From Alphaproteobacteria bacterium (GTDB taxonomy: Bacteria > Pseudomonadota > Alphaproteobacteria > Paracaedibacterales > VGCI01): 64,000 nucleotides of DNA. Every line of letters starts with the position of its first letter. The stretch's first letter is position 1. The DNA lies in the NCBI GenBank assembly GCA_016869075.1, contig VGEY01000003.1:4657-68656 (forward strand). The letters run 5' to 3'. Shown in pieces: positions 28,744 through 37,701 of the stretch. Made by a program: the position numbers and the translations under genes. Under the pieces are notes generated by a model. The model was not told where the DNA came from. It was given only the letters and a program-made list of their open reading frames with translations, and searched no databases.

Positions 28744-30141
28744 ATGCTCTTTGCAAAAAAAACTCTTTCGACTGCATTCGTATGGATATCCTTATTTTTC
28801 GTAAATTATGCGTCTATCCTTGCTAAAGAGGTCATAGATATTGATGTGTTTTCTTTTCCATCAACTCAGACAAAAGGTGTGCGCGTTGTTGCCTTTGACA
28901 CTGATGCCCAAAGGTTCACAGGTATACATTATTTTGTCCAACCTACCAAAACTGTTATTAGATGCAGTTTGTGGGGGATGAAATTTGATTCTGAAGGAAA
29001 TGTGGATTTAACAAAACAGTTCAAATTAAAGGACCGCATTCTGACTACCAAAGGGACGCTTAAAGTTGAAGGTGAAGATGCTACAGATGTTGCAGTTGCT
29101 GATGAAGATGCAAGTGAAGGTGATGAGTGGGTTCTGAAATCGCTTAGTGATTTTCATAATAATGGATCTGAAGTTACACGCCTAGTTTTAAGTCTTAAAA
29201 AAGTGGAAATAAAGTCAGGTGCTCATATCATGGCAAGCATGAATACTCATGCGGGAAAAGTACAATCTAAGAAGACTTTTCAAGCAACATTTCATCGAGG
29301 CGAGAATGTAGAAACAGAAACTTTTGGTAATTTGACGAGTGTGGGAGTGGATAATAATAACGAAAGAGGAAATCTCGGAGAATTGGCAACAAAGCTGACG
29401 ATGATTGGTTTTGGATATGGGGGGCATTTTTCCAAATATGGAACGGACAATGGTTTTGATGGCATCTTTACGGATATCTCTGGTAATCCAGAGATGTTTA
29501 TCACAGAATCAAAATGCCGTGAAAGAGCTGATGGTGTAAAAACAATTATGAGAGATAATCTTTCAGAAGAAAAAATAAATTTCAAATTAAAGCGGATTTC
29601 AACACATACGCATCCCTCTTTATCTGACGAAGCAAGAGAACGTTTGGTTGCAACGGGAGAGTTGGTGAGAGAATTTATATCTCAATCTCCAGTAAAAATT
29701 TTCAAATTTGCCCACCGTATTAAATCAGATGGAACATGTGAGTGTTTGGTAGAAAAGTTTGACTTGAGTAAATATCAGGCGAGCCTATTGCCAACACTTT
29801 CCCCTGAGTCACCAACAAAAGATAAAGTCACGGCACTGAAGGGCGTTACTCAACAACTTTGTTCCAGTGAAGATCAAAAAGCCGAGCTTTATATGCGTAC
29901 GCTCGTAGGAACCCAAGAGGACAAGTTGAGACTCGTTTTTGGAGCCTTAAAACTGGATGATGAGCAACAAGAGGCAATGCTTGCCGTTTTGGCTCCTAAA
30001 AAGAAAGTTAATCGAGTATTATTTATAAATACTGATGGTGACTCAGTGGGTAATGGTGAAGAAGCTTCTGGAACAGAGTCAGCTGAGGAGTTTGAAAAAG
30101 AAGATGAATATGCACATGACTCAGATGCAGAAGCAGCGTAG
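28744..30141 (+). CDS. Exported protein with central PD-(D/E)XK (restriction-endonuclease fold) nuclease-like domain and acidic tail
   Basis: Signal peptide ending ILA|KE; GNLGE...DNGFDGIF...FITESK; GGAGA before ATG 28744 (track start 28729). Confidence 0.7.
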   Translation: MLFAKKTLSTAFVWISLFFVNYASILAKEVIDIDVFSFPSTQTKGVRVVAFDTDAQRFTGIHYFVQPTKTVIRCSLWGMKFDSEGNVDLTKQFKLKDRILTTKGTLKVEGEDATDVAVADEDASEGDEWVLKSLSDFHNNGSEVTRLVLSLKKVEIKSGAHIMASMNTHAGKVQSKKTFQATFHRGENVETETFGNLTSVGVDNNNERGNLGELATKLTMIGFGYGGHFSKYGTDNGFDGIFTDISGNPEMFITESKCRERADGVKTIMRDNLSEEKINFKLKRISTHTHPSLSDEARERLVATGELVREFISQSPVKIFKFAHRIKSDGTCECLVEKFDLSKYQASLLPTLSPESPTKDKVTALKGVTQQLCSSEDQKAELYMRTLVGTQEDKLRLVFGALKLDDEQQEAMLAVLAPKKKVNRVLFINTDGDSVGNGEEASGTESAEEFEKEDEYAHDSDAEAA

Positions 30142-30167
30142 AAAGATATTGTAGGAATGATAAAAAA

Positions 30168-30198
30168 AGGGAAATATCTTGTTCTAAGATATTTCCCT
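30168..30198. terminator. Intrinsic terminator, copy 1 of a duplicated element
   Basis: agggaaatatctt-gttct-aagatatttccct, 13-bp perfect stem; A-run on the left gives a U-tract on the minus strand; lies between convergent genes. Confidence 0.85.
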
Positions 30199-30221
30199 TA
30201 AAGACAAGAGCAAAACTACTT

Positions 30222-30620
30222 TTATCTTATGCCTAAGAGGGTGTTGAGCAACTGAACATGTTCCATTGTTGGTTTTTTAATCATCACACAATCTTGCAGA
30301 TAAGCAATAATATTACAATTTGAAGCAGTTGGAGGAAGAAGTAGGAGATGCTGTTGAATATAGGCAGCTGCTTCTTTCTGTCGGAGCATAATTTTTTTAT
30401 TTATTGTCTCTTCAGTAGAAGTTTGGAGAGGAAAGCCATACATTCTGGCAATATCATTTTTTTCTATAGGAAATGCGTGCGTTGTGGGATTTGAGTTCTT
30501 ATCCATGATTTCTGCATTTCTTTGCACGACACTCTCAACAGCCCGAAGTGGGCCTACAGCATGCCCAAAGAATATTAAAGATCCTATTATAAAAAATAAT
30601 TTGTTGAGGGTATGTATCAT
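30222..30620 (-). CDS. Small hypothetical exported protein
   Basis: 132-aa ORF; GGAAGG upstream; signal peptide ending LRA|VE; followed by terminator copy 1. Confidence 0.7.
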   Translation of the reverse strand: MIHTLNKLFFIIGSLIFFGHAVGPLRAVESVVQRNAEIMDKNSNPTTHAFPIEKNDIARMYGFPLQTSTEETINKKIMLRQKEAAAYIQQHLLLLPPTASNCNIIAYLQDCVMIKKPTMEHVQLLNTLLGIR

Positions 30621-30845
30621 TGTTCAACCTTCCGGTATTGTGCTTTTAAAAAAAAATATGTTTGAGATATTAATATATATTTTAATGAAATGCTTTTTTA
30701 TAAGCAAATTATTTGCGAAGAACATGAAAATGGGGACAAAAAAGTATAATTAGTTTTTTTGGTAAAATGGGTTATGTGATAATGAAGTTTGTTAGCCTCT
30801 AGAGGAAGAGGTGGGTTATGTAAAAGCTTGTAAAAGAATTAAAAA

Positions 30846-30876
30846 AGGGAAATATCTTGTTTTAAGATATTTCCCT
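30846..30876 (-). terminator. Intrinsic terminator, copy 2 of a duplicated element
   Basis: agggaaatatctt-gtttt-aagatatttccct; one loop base differs from copy 1. Confidence 0.85.
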
Positions 30877-30898
30877 AAAGCCTAAAGGATAAAGTTAT

Positions 30899-31939
30899 TT
30901 ACTGTTGAGTCCCATAATAGAATGGTGTAATGGCTTCAACTTTTATGTGATTATAATTTCCTTGGTCAATAATTGAAATTTCAGCCAGCTCTGTAACATC
31001 AATTTTATTTCCATCCTTATCATATAAATACCCTTGCCCAGGTTTTAAACTGTCCTTTAATATTTTTTGCATGCTGCCGATAGGAGATACCGTCATTACT
31101 GTTTTACTCGGAAATTCCACTTGCACAACTGCGCCGATAAATCCATGCATCGCGGTGGCTAAGCCTGAGTCTCCCCCGTTTATAATGGAGACAGGGTTCC
31201 TAAAAATTCCTCTGTTTTCATAAGTATTGGGGCCAATATCATGTTTTTTGTTGTTCTTGCCGAGAGGCCTAACTCCTGCCATGCATGTGGATAAGCACAT
31301 GATTATTCTTCCATAATTTTCAAAATATGCCTTAATAGTATCTGTTCCATCTGTCGGTGTCTCTGATGGGGTATTTGAAAAAGAAAATGTTGGATCCGCC
31401 GTGATATACACGAAATAGTTTTTCCCTTTGCAACCCTCTATTTTCTCACCATTAAGAAGCTGTGAGGCCCCTGCATAAGTACATTCGAGCATTTTCAGTT
31501 TTTTAGGATTTTGACTTAGGGCAGCAAGTTTTGCTTTTAAGTCGACAAGAGCTTGGCCAGAGTATCCAGAAATTTTTGAAAGGTCGTCTCCATATTTTTC
31601 AATTTGGTAGTTATTTTCTTCTTGTGGTTGTAAAAATAAATATAAGATCCCTATACCCCTTCTGGTCAACCAACCGGTTCTTTTTTCAAAAACAGTTAAA
31701 TTTTTTTCAAGCTCTGGAGTTATGTGCTGCATTCGAATATGAAGTTTTTTACCAGTATCCGTTGTGAATTCACCCTCAAAAACACCTGGACTTACCTGAC
31801 GGGGCTTTGTGCCGTGAAAGTGAGAAAGGGCAGGAGCGGGAGCATCAATTTTTTCTCTCTCCGCAGCCTTCATGGGCGTTAAGATAAGAGAAAACAAGGG
31901 TATATAAAAAATAATCACTTTAGAATACATAAAAAACAT
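30899..31939 (-). CDS. Hypothetical exported protein
   Basis: 346-aa ORF; signal peptide ending MKA|AE; YENRGIFRNP...GLATAMHGF segment; 137 bp downstream of tssA on the same strand. Confidence 0.8.
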   Translation of the reverse strand: MFFMYSKVIIFYIPLFSLILTPMKAAEREKIDAPAPALSHFHGTKPRQVSPGVFEGEFTTDTGKKLHIRMQHITPELEKNLTVFEKRTGWLTRRGIGILYLFLQPQEENNYQIEKYGDDLSKISGYSGQALVDLKAKLAALSQNPKKLKMLECTYAGASQLLNGEKIEGCKGKNYFVYITADPTFSFSNTPSETPTDGTDTIKAYFENYGRIIMCLSTCMAGVRPLGKNNKKHDIGPNTYENRGIFRNPVSIINGGDSGLATAMHGFIGAVVQVEFPSKTVMTVSPIGSMQKILKDSLKPGQGYLYDKDGNKIDVTELAEISIIDQGNYNHIKVEAITPFYYGTQQ

Positions 31940-32076
31940 TTTTCTGTTGGGGATTTATATTATAGTTCTGTTCACAAATAAGCATTCATAATTCAGAAGT
32001 CAAGAAGGGAATGTTTTTTTTAGTTTTTTCAAATAATTATGTCTAAATCTTATTTTGCCAAGAATCAAGATTTTTC

Positions 32077-33222
32077 TTATTGAGGGGGGGCGCCTAAGAC
32101 CTTCATGAGTGTTTCATATTCTTGCGGGGATTGTGCGATTTCTTTAAAGATGTCGAGAATGTTCTTATTTTCCCAGCGGATAAGTTGGCGAATGAGCTGC
32201 GGGGCAAGGCTATGCGGGTCATTCTCTTCAAGAAAAGCGGCAATGATATCCAGAAGTTTGTAAGCATCTTTACGTGTGGTAAGGCTTAATGTATCGGAAG
32301 AGCTTTGGGGTGAAGCAGGTGCACCTTCTTGCATCGTTTGAGGAGAATCAGCGGAAGATTGTTGAGATATCTGCTCAGACGAAGGGTCACTCTTGATAAT
32401 AGGTTTGCGCGTTTGAAGAGCATTATTAATGATGCGATGCATTTCCTTTAACGTTCCCAGAAGAATTGAGAAAGAAGGAGCTTGGTTCCCCACAAAATCA
32501 GTAAGGCTCTTTTTCAAACTTAATGTTGAATCAAGAGCAATCGTTAAATTCTCATGATATTCAGCTATATATTCATCAGAAGTTTGTTCCATACTCTTTT
32601 GAAATTCTTCAACTGTCCCAATGTTCTTCGAAGGATCTTCGCGTGTTTGAGCGGATGGTTTATCAAGACGCTTTTTGGCAGCATCACTATGCTGTGCAGA
32701 TTTTAAGTACCCTAAACTAAAGCCTTTTTGGTCAAATTTTGAATAGGTTAATTCGATGGATAGAAGGCGGTAAGAAAGGGTCGTATCCATCCATTCAAAA
32801 ATCATCAGACGGCTTTCAATGTCTTCAGTATCTGGTACTTGAGGGTGAATGTCATCCCATAGAGCTTCAATTAAGCTAATAAAGATTTGAATACCAAGAG
32901 AATATCCTTTAATGCCATCAAGCATTGTCCATGCCTCAAGGAGCCATGCAGCAAGCTGAAGGTCTTTAGATTTTGACGTCAGTGCTTCCACACAAAGAGC
33001 TTCAATCTTATTCCAATCAGCCTTCTTCAATTCAGTTTCCCAAATGCCCATGGAAAGACGTGGGTCGTCCTCTTGACGGGCAAGGCGAATCTCATCATAG
33101 ACAGGATCGTAGCGTAAAGAGGGACCGACAGGATTGTTGCCTGCGATTGGAGCAACAAACGCATTATAGTCAGGTATGCTCACTCTTGAAGCAGGCTTAG
33201 ATGTAGATGGCATTTCTGTCAT
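32077..33222 (-). CDS. tssA: Type VI secretion protein TssA (ImpA N-terminal domain)
   Basis: PVGPSLRYDPVYDEIRLAR.EDD, ADW, SKDLQLAAWL, WDDIHP; C-terminal TRKDAY...DPHS...IRW. Confidence 0.93.
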   Translation of the reverse strand: MTEMPSTSKPASRVSIPDYNAFVAPIAGNNPVGPSLRYDPVYDEIRLARQEDDPRLSMGIWETELKKADWNKIEALCVEALTSKSKDLQLAAWLLEAWTMLDGIKGYSLGIQIFISLIEALWDDIHPQVPDTEDIESRLMIFEWMDTTLSYRLLSIELTYSKFDQKGFSLGYLKSAQHSDAAKKRLDKPSAQTREDPSKNIGTVEEFQKSMEQTSDEYIAEYHENLTIALDSTLSLKKSLTDFVGNQAPSFSILLGTLKEMHRIINNALQTRKPIIKSDPSSEQISQQSSADSPQTMQEGAPASPQSSSDTLSLTTRKDAYKLLDIIAAFLEENDPHSLAPQLIRQLIRWENKNILDIFKEIAQSPQEYETLMKVLGAPPQ

Positions 33223-33225
33223 GGA

Positions 33226-36200
33226 TTAACCTGCTTTACCATTCTTAGCAGCTGCATCATCGGCTGGAGCTTCATCAGAAGAATCATCATCAGATGATTT
33301 AGATTTTTTCTTATCATCTTTCTTTCCCTTGGCTGCCTTTTCCTTGCTCTCAATATCTTCCTTAATTTCCGGGGAAATTTCCACCTGTCCCATTATAATG
33401 ACAGGCTTTTCAGCAACATCCTGAATGGATTGATCTAATGCTGGTGCGTCAGTTGGAAAGTTTGGCATCTCAAGGGGAGCTCCCGGCTTCTTTCCTTTAG
33501 GAGGTTTAAGTAAAGTGACACGATCAAAAATAATGGTGTTCGTATCAGGACCATTGGGAATGGTAAACTTTAATGTTGTGGGCTTTGTGTCTTGCATATT
33601 GTCAAAATCACTGCTGGTGGCTTGTTGTGTGCGCAACATCCAGAAGAGGGCCCACTGTCCTGGATAAGTATATGTCACGGTTTGTTCATTCACAGCCATA
33701 AAGGGTTGTGCTTTATCTTGGAATGGTTGTGTTTCAGCCGAGTCAGGCCAGCGGAAGGTTAATATTACAGGATTCCCATAACTCCATCGCCCAAGATTTG
33801 ACTTGTCTGTATTGGAAATCTTCGTATTAGCATCAGGGGCAATCGCCCATTCAATAATCATATTTCCCCCAATTTCTTTTTCTTTATTAACTCGAAAATC
33901 AACACTGAAATCGAAAGTGGGAACATCTCCAGGTGTTTTCGAATTAAGGAAATTTTGGAAAAATTCTCTGACACCTTCCATGGCTGTTAAAAACTGATAA
34001 GGTTCTTTTGCGGCATCTCCTAATTGGTAAACTTGCTCAAGAATATTTTTAGCGCTGTCTCCTGCATCATGGAAAATGGTGAAAAAGTTTTTAATATCTG
34101 CAGGGTCAGCTTCACCTTGGCTTTGAGAAGCATTTTCACCTACGAAGGGGAATTTATCTTTCAGCGTTGTGTTGAAAACTTCAACCAGCTTTTCATAGTT
34201 ATTAATGGATTCTTTTCGCTTAGCAACCTCGCACCGAGTCATAAGAGCGCGTTGAAGTTGAATACGACGATCTTGGAAGAAATCGTTGGATGATTTTTTG
34301 GCGCTTGCAACAGATAATTTTGTAAAGCAATTGCTCATAGTTAAATCACTTCCATCAACTTCAATGAAATTTTCAAGCGCACTAATAGAATTATTGGGCT
34401 GCTTTTTATCGTAGTGTGAAAGTTGGGAGATAATGCGGTTCCAACGGTTTATAAGAGCCTGCTTTCCAACGTATCCTTGCATTTGAGGAGATGTTAAGAG
34501 GACAAGAATGGGTTGGGCATAATCAACAGCAAGATGAGAAATAAGTTGGCGTTGATGATCAAGATAAGATTTTAATTCGTCTTGATCTTTTACTGCAAAT
34601 CCTTCTAAAAAGACAGGAGATTTACCATCCCACCAATCAAAGTTATTTTCACGAACTTTATAAGGTAAGTATGAAATGAGGAGTGCGTCAACCTTCTCTA
34701 AAAGACGTGTTGCCAATATGCCGAGTAGGTTTTGAAGTTCAACAAATATTGTACCACTTTGTGAGTGCTTGAGTGTCTCTAAGAGTTTTATAAAGTGAGG
34801 CACTATTGTTTTTACATTTCCAATTTTACTGCGCAAAAGTTCTTCTTGAGCATCCCCGATATCTGGTCCCTTTGGAACATCAACTAGGCTTTGAGCTTTT
34901 GCAATATTACTTATGACATTGAGATGTAAATTCTGCAAAGCGATCTGTTTAAAGGTTTCTCGTAATTGTACTGGAAAATGTTGTAAGTCCTTTTCAACAA
35001 AATCTTCATATCTCTTTATTAATTTGGTGGTTTCATCAATAAGATCCTGATTCCAAAAAATGACTTTGTTTTCTGGAACTTGTGAAATGAACATTTCTCC
35101 ATTCGATTTTGCCATAAAGGGCTCTGCAAAAAGTTTACTCAAGTTCTTTTCCAGATTAAATATTCCCTCAGAAGGTTGAATAGGTTTATTGGAAGGTGTG
35201 GCGCTTAAACTTATCAATACCCGATTCATTTGTAACAACTCTTGATGGAAAGCTGTATATGCAAGACTGGTTTGCTTTGCCAATTGTTCAACAAAGGCAG
35301 GGCCAAAGGGGGAAAGCTCATCCACTTGTGTCATTAAGTCTACGAACTCTTGACCAGGGTCAAAGTAGGCTGCATCAATCCAGTTATGTCCTGCTGAACC
35401 AAGAGTTGGGAGGCTCTGTCCAAGATCACTGATAAAACCTCTTACCACTTCGAGGTTAATGGGTTGAGTGTTCTGGCCTGACCCAAGGGTTGTTGTTAAA
35501 TATCGCAACTGTCCAATAAGCGACATAGGATCAGTTTGAGAGAATAATATTGAAAGGAAATTAGTATAGAGCCCTAAAAACGTGCTTTGAGCAATGGGGT
35601 GATAGTCTTTTAAATTAATAGCGGGATATGGAGCTTCTTGAAGAAGTTTTTGAAATTTTTGATAGGACTCCGTAAATTCCGGAGGTAAATGCATATTAAA
35701 TGTATATTCAATAAGCTCGTTTAAAAGTGTAGGATCTGGAGTCTCACGTAAACGATTATATTTATCGATATGATGTGTTAATTGAGCAATTTGGTTAACG
35801 TAGGTTTTTAAGTGTTGAAATTCCACAGTTCCTGTGGGATTAAGCAGTTGCCCAATGGCGGTTGTCTTTTGATGTATTTCATAAGGGGGTGTTCCTGGGC
35901 GAATATTTAAGGTGTCCCGAGCCTTGAGAAGAAGGTCCATATAAATAGTGCGTAAAATAATTTGCTCATAAGATATTTTTAGGGAGCTGTTCAAGTGATC
36001 CTGGAGCGGACTAAACCAAGAGGAAGGAATAAAGAAAGAAAAAAAGCTTGAGCGGTGAACATGGTGCATCATCTCAAGGAGGCTTTTTGCTTGATTATCA
36101 AATAAGGCTTCCGTGCCGTGAGCCCCCCCAACGGGTGAATTAGGAAGTTGTGTAAGAATAGAGCTTACTTTCCCTAACACTGGCATCAAATAATCACGAT

Positions 36201-37701
36201 TCTTTGTAAAGTTATCGTACGCATTAAACATGCCGAAAGTACCAATACCTACAAAAGCAACCATACCTGCTTTTGCCAAATTTATATTTCTGTTGGCCGA
36301 TACAAGTCGACTATAAATTGGGTAGGCAAGGCCAGACTCAAAGAAAATTTTATCTTCGAAAATATCTCTACCAAATGCAATTTTACGAATAGAAGTGTCA
36401 AAATATTGCGATTCTTCAGATGTGGGTGGACTTGTTCGATTTTGTCGCTCAATACCATAATCAATTTTTTCATGCCATAATTGGAGGGCTTCTTCATTGA
36501 TCTCCAGGGGCATTGTCGAAAGAGACAAGTCTGCTTTAAGTTGTTGGTTTTCAGCCTCTTCTAAAACATCTTCTCCAATAGAAAATCCAGCTGGAAATTT
36601 ACCGCAATCACCACAAAAATAGATACCGCGGAGCATAAGAGATTCAACATAGGCACTAGATTTAAAAATATGATTTAAATAATTCTTTAAACCACTTTTG
36701 AGTGAAAGAAATTCATTAGGTAATACGTAAACTCCTTCTTTATTTTCATCGGAAACTCCTTGAGTGAACATTTCCAATTGTACACTCGACATATCCTCAA
36801 AAATTGTATGGAAAGCTTCATCAACCCAATGAGGAGTATAGGCTGTATGGAGGGCATAAGGGACTGACCATCCGAGCATGTTGTTCAGTCGTGCAAAAGG
36901 TAATTCATGACAGAAGCTTTGAAAACCAGGTAAGAAATCGCATTTTGTGACGACGACATATACAGGCAGACGCAGTCCTAGAAGATGTTGAGCCGCCGCA
37001 AGTTTTTGAGACAAAAACTTTGCGCGCGCATTGATATTTTCTGGGCTTAAGCGCTCCCGTCCATAAAGCTCTGTAGCAGGAATTGTCAGTATAATCCCAT
37101 CAAGAGGGCGTTTTGCACGATAACGTCCGAGAAGGCTTAACACAGATCTCCATCCCCGTTCATCTGAAGAAGCTTTATGTTCATCTATAACCAACGATCC
37201 ATGAATATCTAATACGACGGCCCTGTTGAAAAACCACCAACGACAAGCAGGATGAGGATCTTTAATACCTAAATCAGGCATTCCCACAGGCAAGTTCATT
37301 CCTGCAAATTCAAGTAAGGTTGATTTTCCGGAATTACTTGCCCCAACCATTAAATACCATGGAAGCTGATATTTATAGGTTATGTTATCAAGACGGTCTC
37401 TTAAGAAAACAAGAGCGCGCAGAAATGATAGGCTGATATCACCTACTCGAAAGATACCTCTTAAGGTTAAATATCGTGAAATCCGTCCACCAATGGGCGG
37501 CATTTTATATTCCAAGATGGTTTCTTCTTTTGGCTCTTTTTTGGAAGGAGGCGGAGCCCCTTTTTTCTCAGCTTTCTTAATTGCATAATTGGTGAGAAAT
37601 GTAAGCAATAAAATCATTATTACTGCTAGTATTGTAACAGTTAAAATGACTTCTGGCAGTCGGCTTCCGAGATGGGAAAGGGATTGCAAAAACGAATTCA
37701 T
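33226..37701 (-). CDS. tssM: Type VI secretion membrane subunit TssM/IcmF
   Basis: YQLPWYLMVG.SNSGKSTL, CRWWFF, RPLDGIILTI, LPVYVVVTKCD.LPGF, LRGIYFCG, second TM helix, KFPF and GQWALF near the C-terminus. Confidence 0.93.
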   Translation of the reverse strand: MNSFLQSLSHLGSRLPEVILTVTILAVIMILLLTFLTNYAIKKAEKKGAPPPSKKEPKEETILEYKMPPIGGRISRYLTLRGIFRVGDISLSFLRALVFLRDRLDNITYKYQLPWYLMVGASNSGKSTLLEFAGMNLPVGMPDLGIKDPHPACRWWFFNRAVVLDIHGSLVIDEHKASSDERGWRSVLSLLGRYRAKRPLDGIILTIPATELYGRERLSPENINARAKFLSQKLAAAQHLLGLRLPVYVVVTKCDFLPGFQSFCHELPFARLNNMLGWSVPYALHTAYTPHWVDEAFHTIFEDMSSVQLEMFTQGVSDENKEGVYVLPNEFLSLKSGLKNYLNHIFKSSAYVESLMLRGIYFCGDCGKFPAGFSIGEDVLEEAENQQLKADLSLSTMPLEINEEALQLWHEKIDYGIERQNRTSPPTSEESQYFDTSIRKIAFGRDIFEDKIFFESGLAYPIYSRLVSANRNINLAKAGMVAFVGIGTFGMFNAYDNFTKNRDYLMPVLGKVSSILTQLPNSPVGGAHGTEALFDNQAKSLLEMMHHVHRSSFFSFFIPSSWFSPLQDHLNSSLKISYEQIILRTIYMDLLLKARDTLNIRPGTPPYEIHQKTTAIGQLLNPTGTVEFQHLKTYVNQIAQLTHHIDKYNRLRETPDPTLLNELIEYTFNMHLPPEFTESYQKFQKLLQEAPYPAINLKDYHPIAQSTFLGLYTNFLSILFSQTDPMSLIGQLRYLTTTLGSGQNTQPINLEVVRGFISDLGQSLPTLGSAGHNWIDAAYFDPGQEFVDLMTQVDELSPFGPAFVEQLAKQTSLAYTAFHQELLQMNRVLISLSATPSNKPIQPSEGIFNLEKNLSKLFAEPFMAKSNGEMFISQVPENKVIFWNQDLIDETTKLIKRYEDFVEKDLQHFPVQLRETFKQIALQNLHLNVISNIAKAQSLVDVPKGPDIGDAQEELLRSKIGNVKTIVPHFIKLLETLKHSQSGTIFVELQNLLGILATRLLEKVDALLISYLPYKVRENNFDWWDGKSPVFLEGFAVKDQDELKSYLDHQRQLISHLAVDYAQPILVLLTSPQMQGYVGKQALINRWNRIISQLSHYDKKQPNNSISALENFIEVDGSDLTMSNCFTKLSVASAKKSSNDFFQDRRIQLQRALMTRCEVAKRKESINNYEKLVEVFNTTLKDKFPFVGENASQSQGEADPADIKNFFTIFHDAGDSAKNILEQVYQLGDAAKEPYQFLTAMEGVREFFQNFLNSKTPGDVPTFDFSVDFRVNKEKEIGGNMIIEWAIAPDANTKISNTDKSNLGRWSYGNPVILTFRWPDSAETQPFQDKAQPFMAVNEQTVTYTYPGQWALFWMLRTQQATSSDFDNMQDTKPTTLKFTIPNGPDTNTIIFDRVTLLKPPKGKKPGAPLEMPNFPTDAPALDQSIQDVAEKPVIIMGQVEISPEIKEDIESKEKAAKGKKDDKKKSKSSDDDSSDEAPADDAAAKNGKAG

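Noticed and set aside
30484-30753. 89-aa + strand ORF as immunity gene for the nuclease-like protein
   Set aside because: Separated from it by a terminator and overlaps the better-supported minus-strand gene.
30150-30901. CRISPR array or integron attC sites for the duplicated hairpin
   Set aside because: Only two copies about 680 bp apart, terminator-like with U-tracts; no cas or integrase gene, and no convincing attC core sites.
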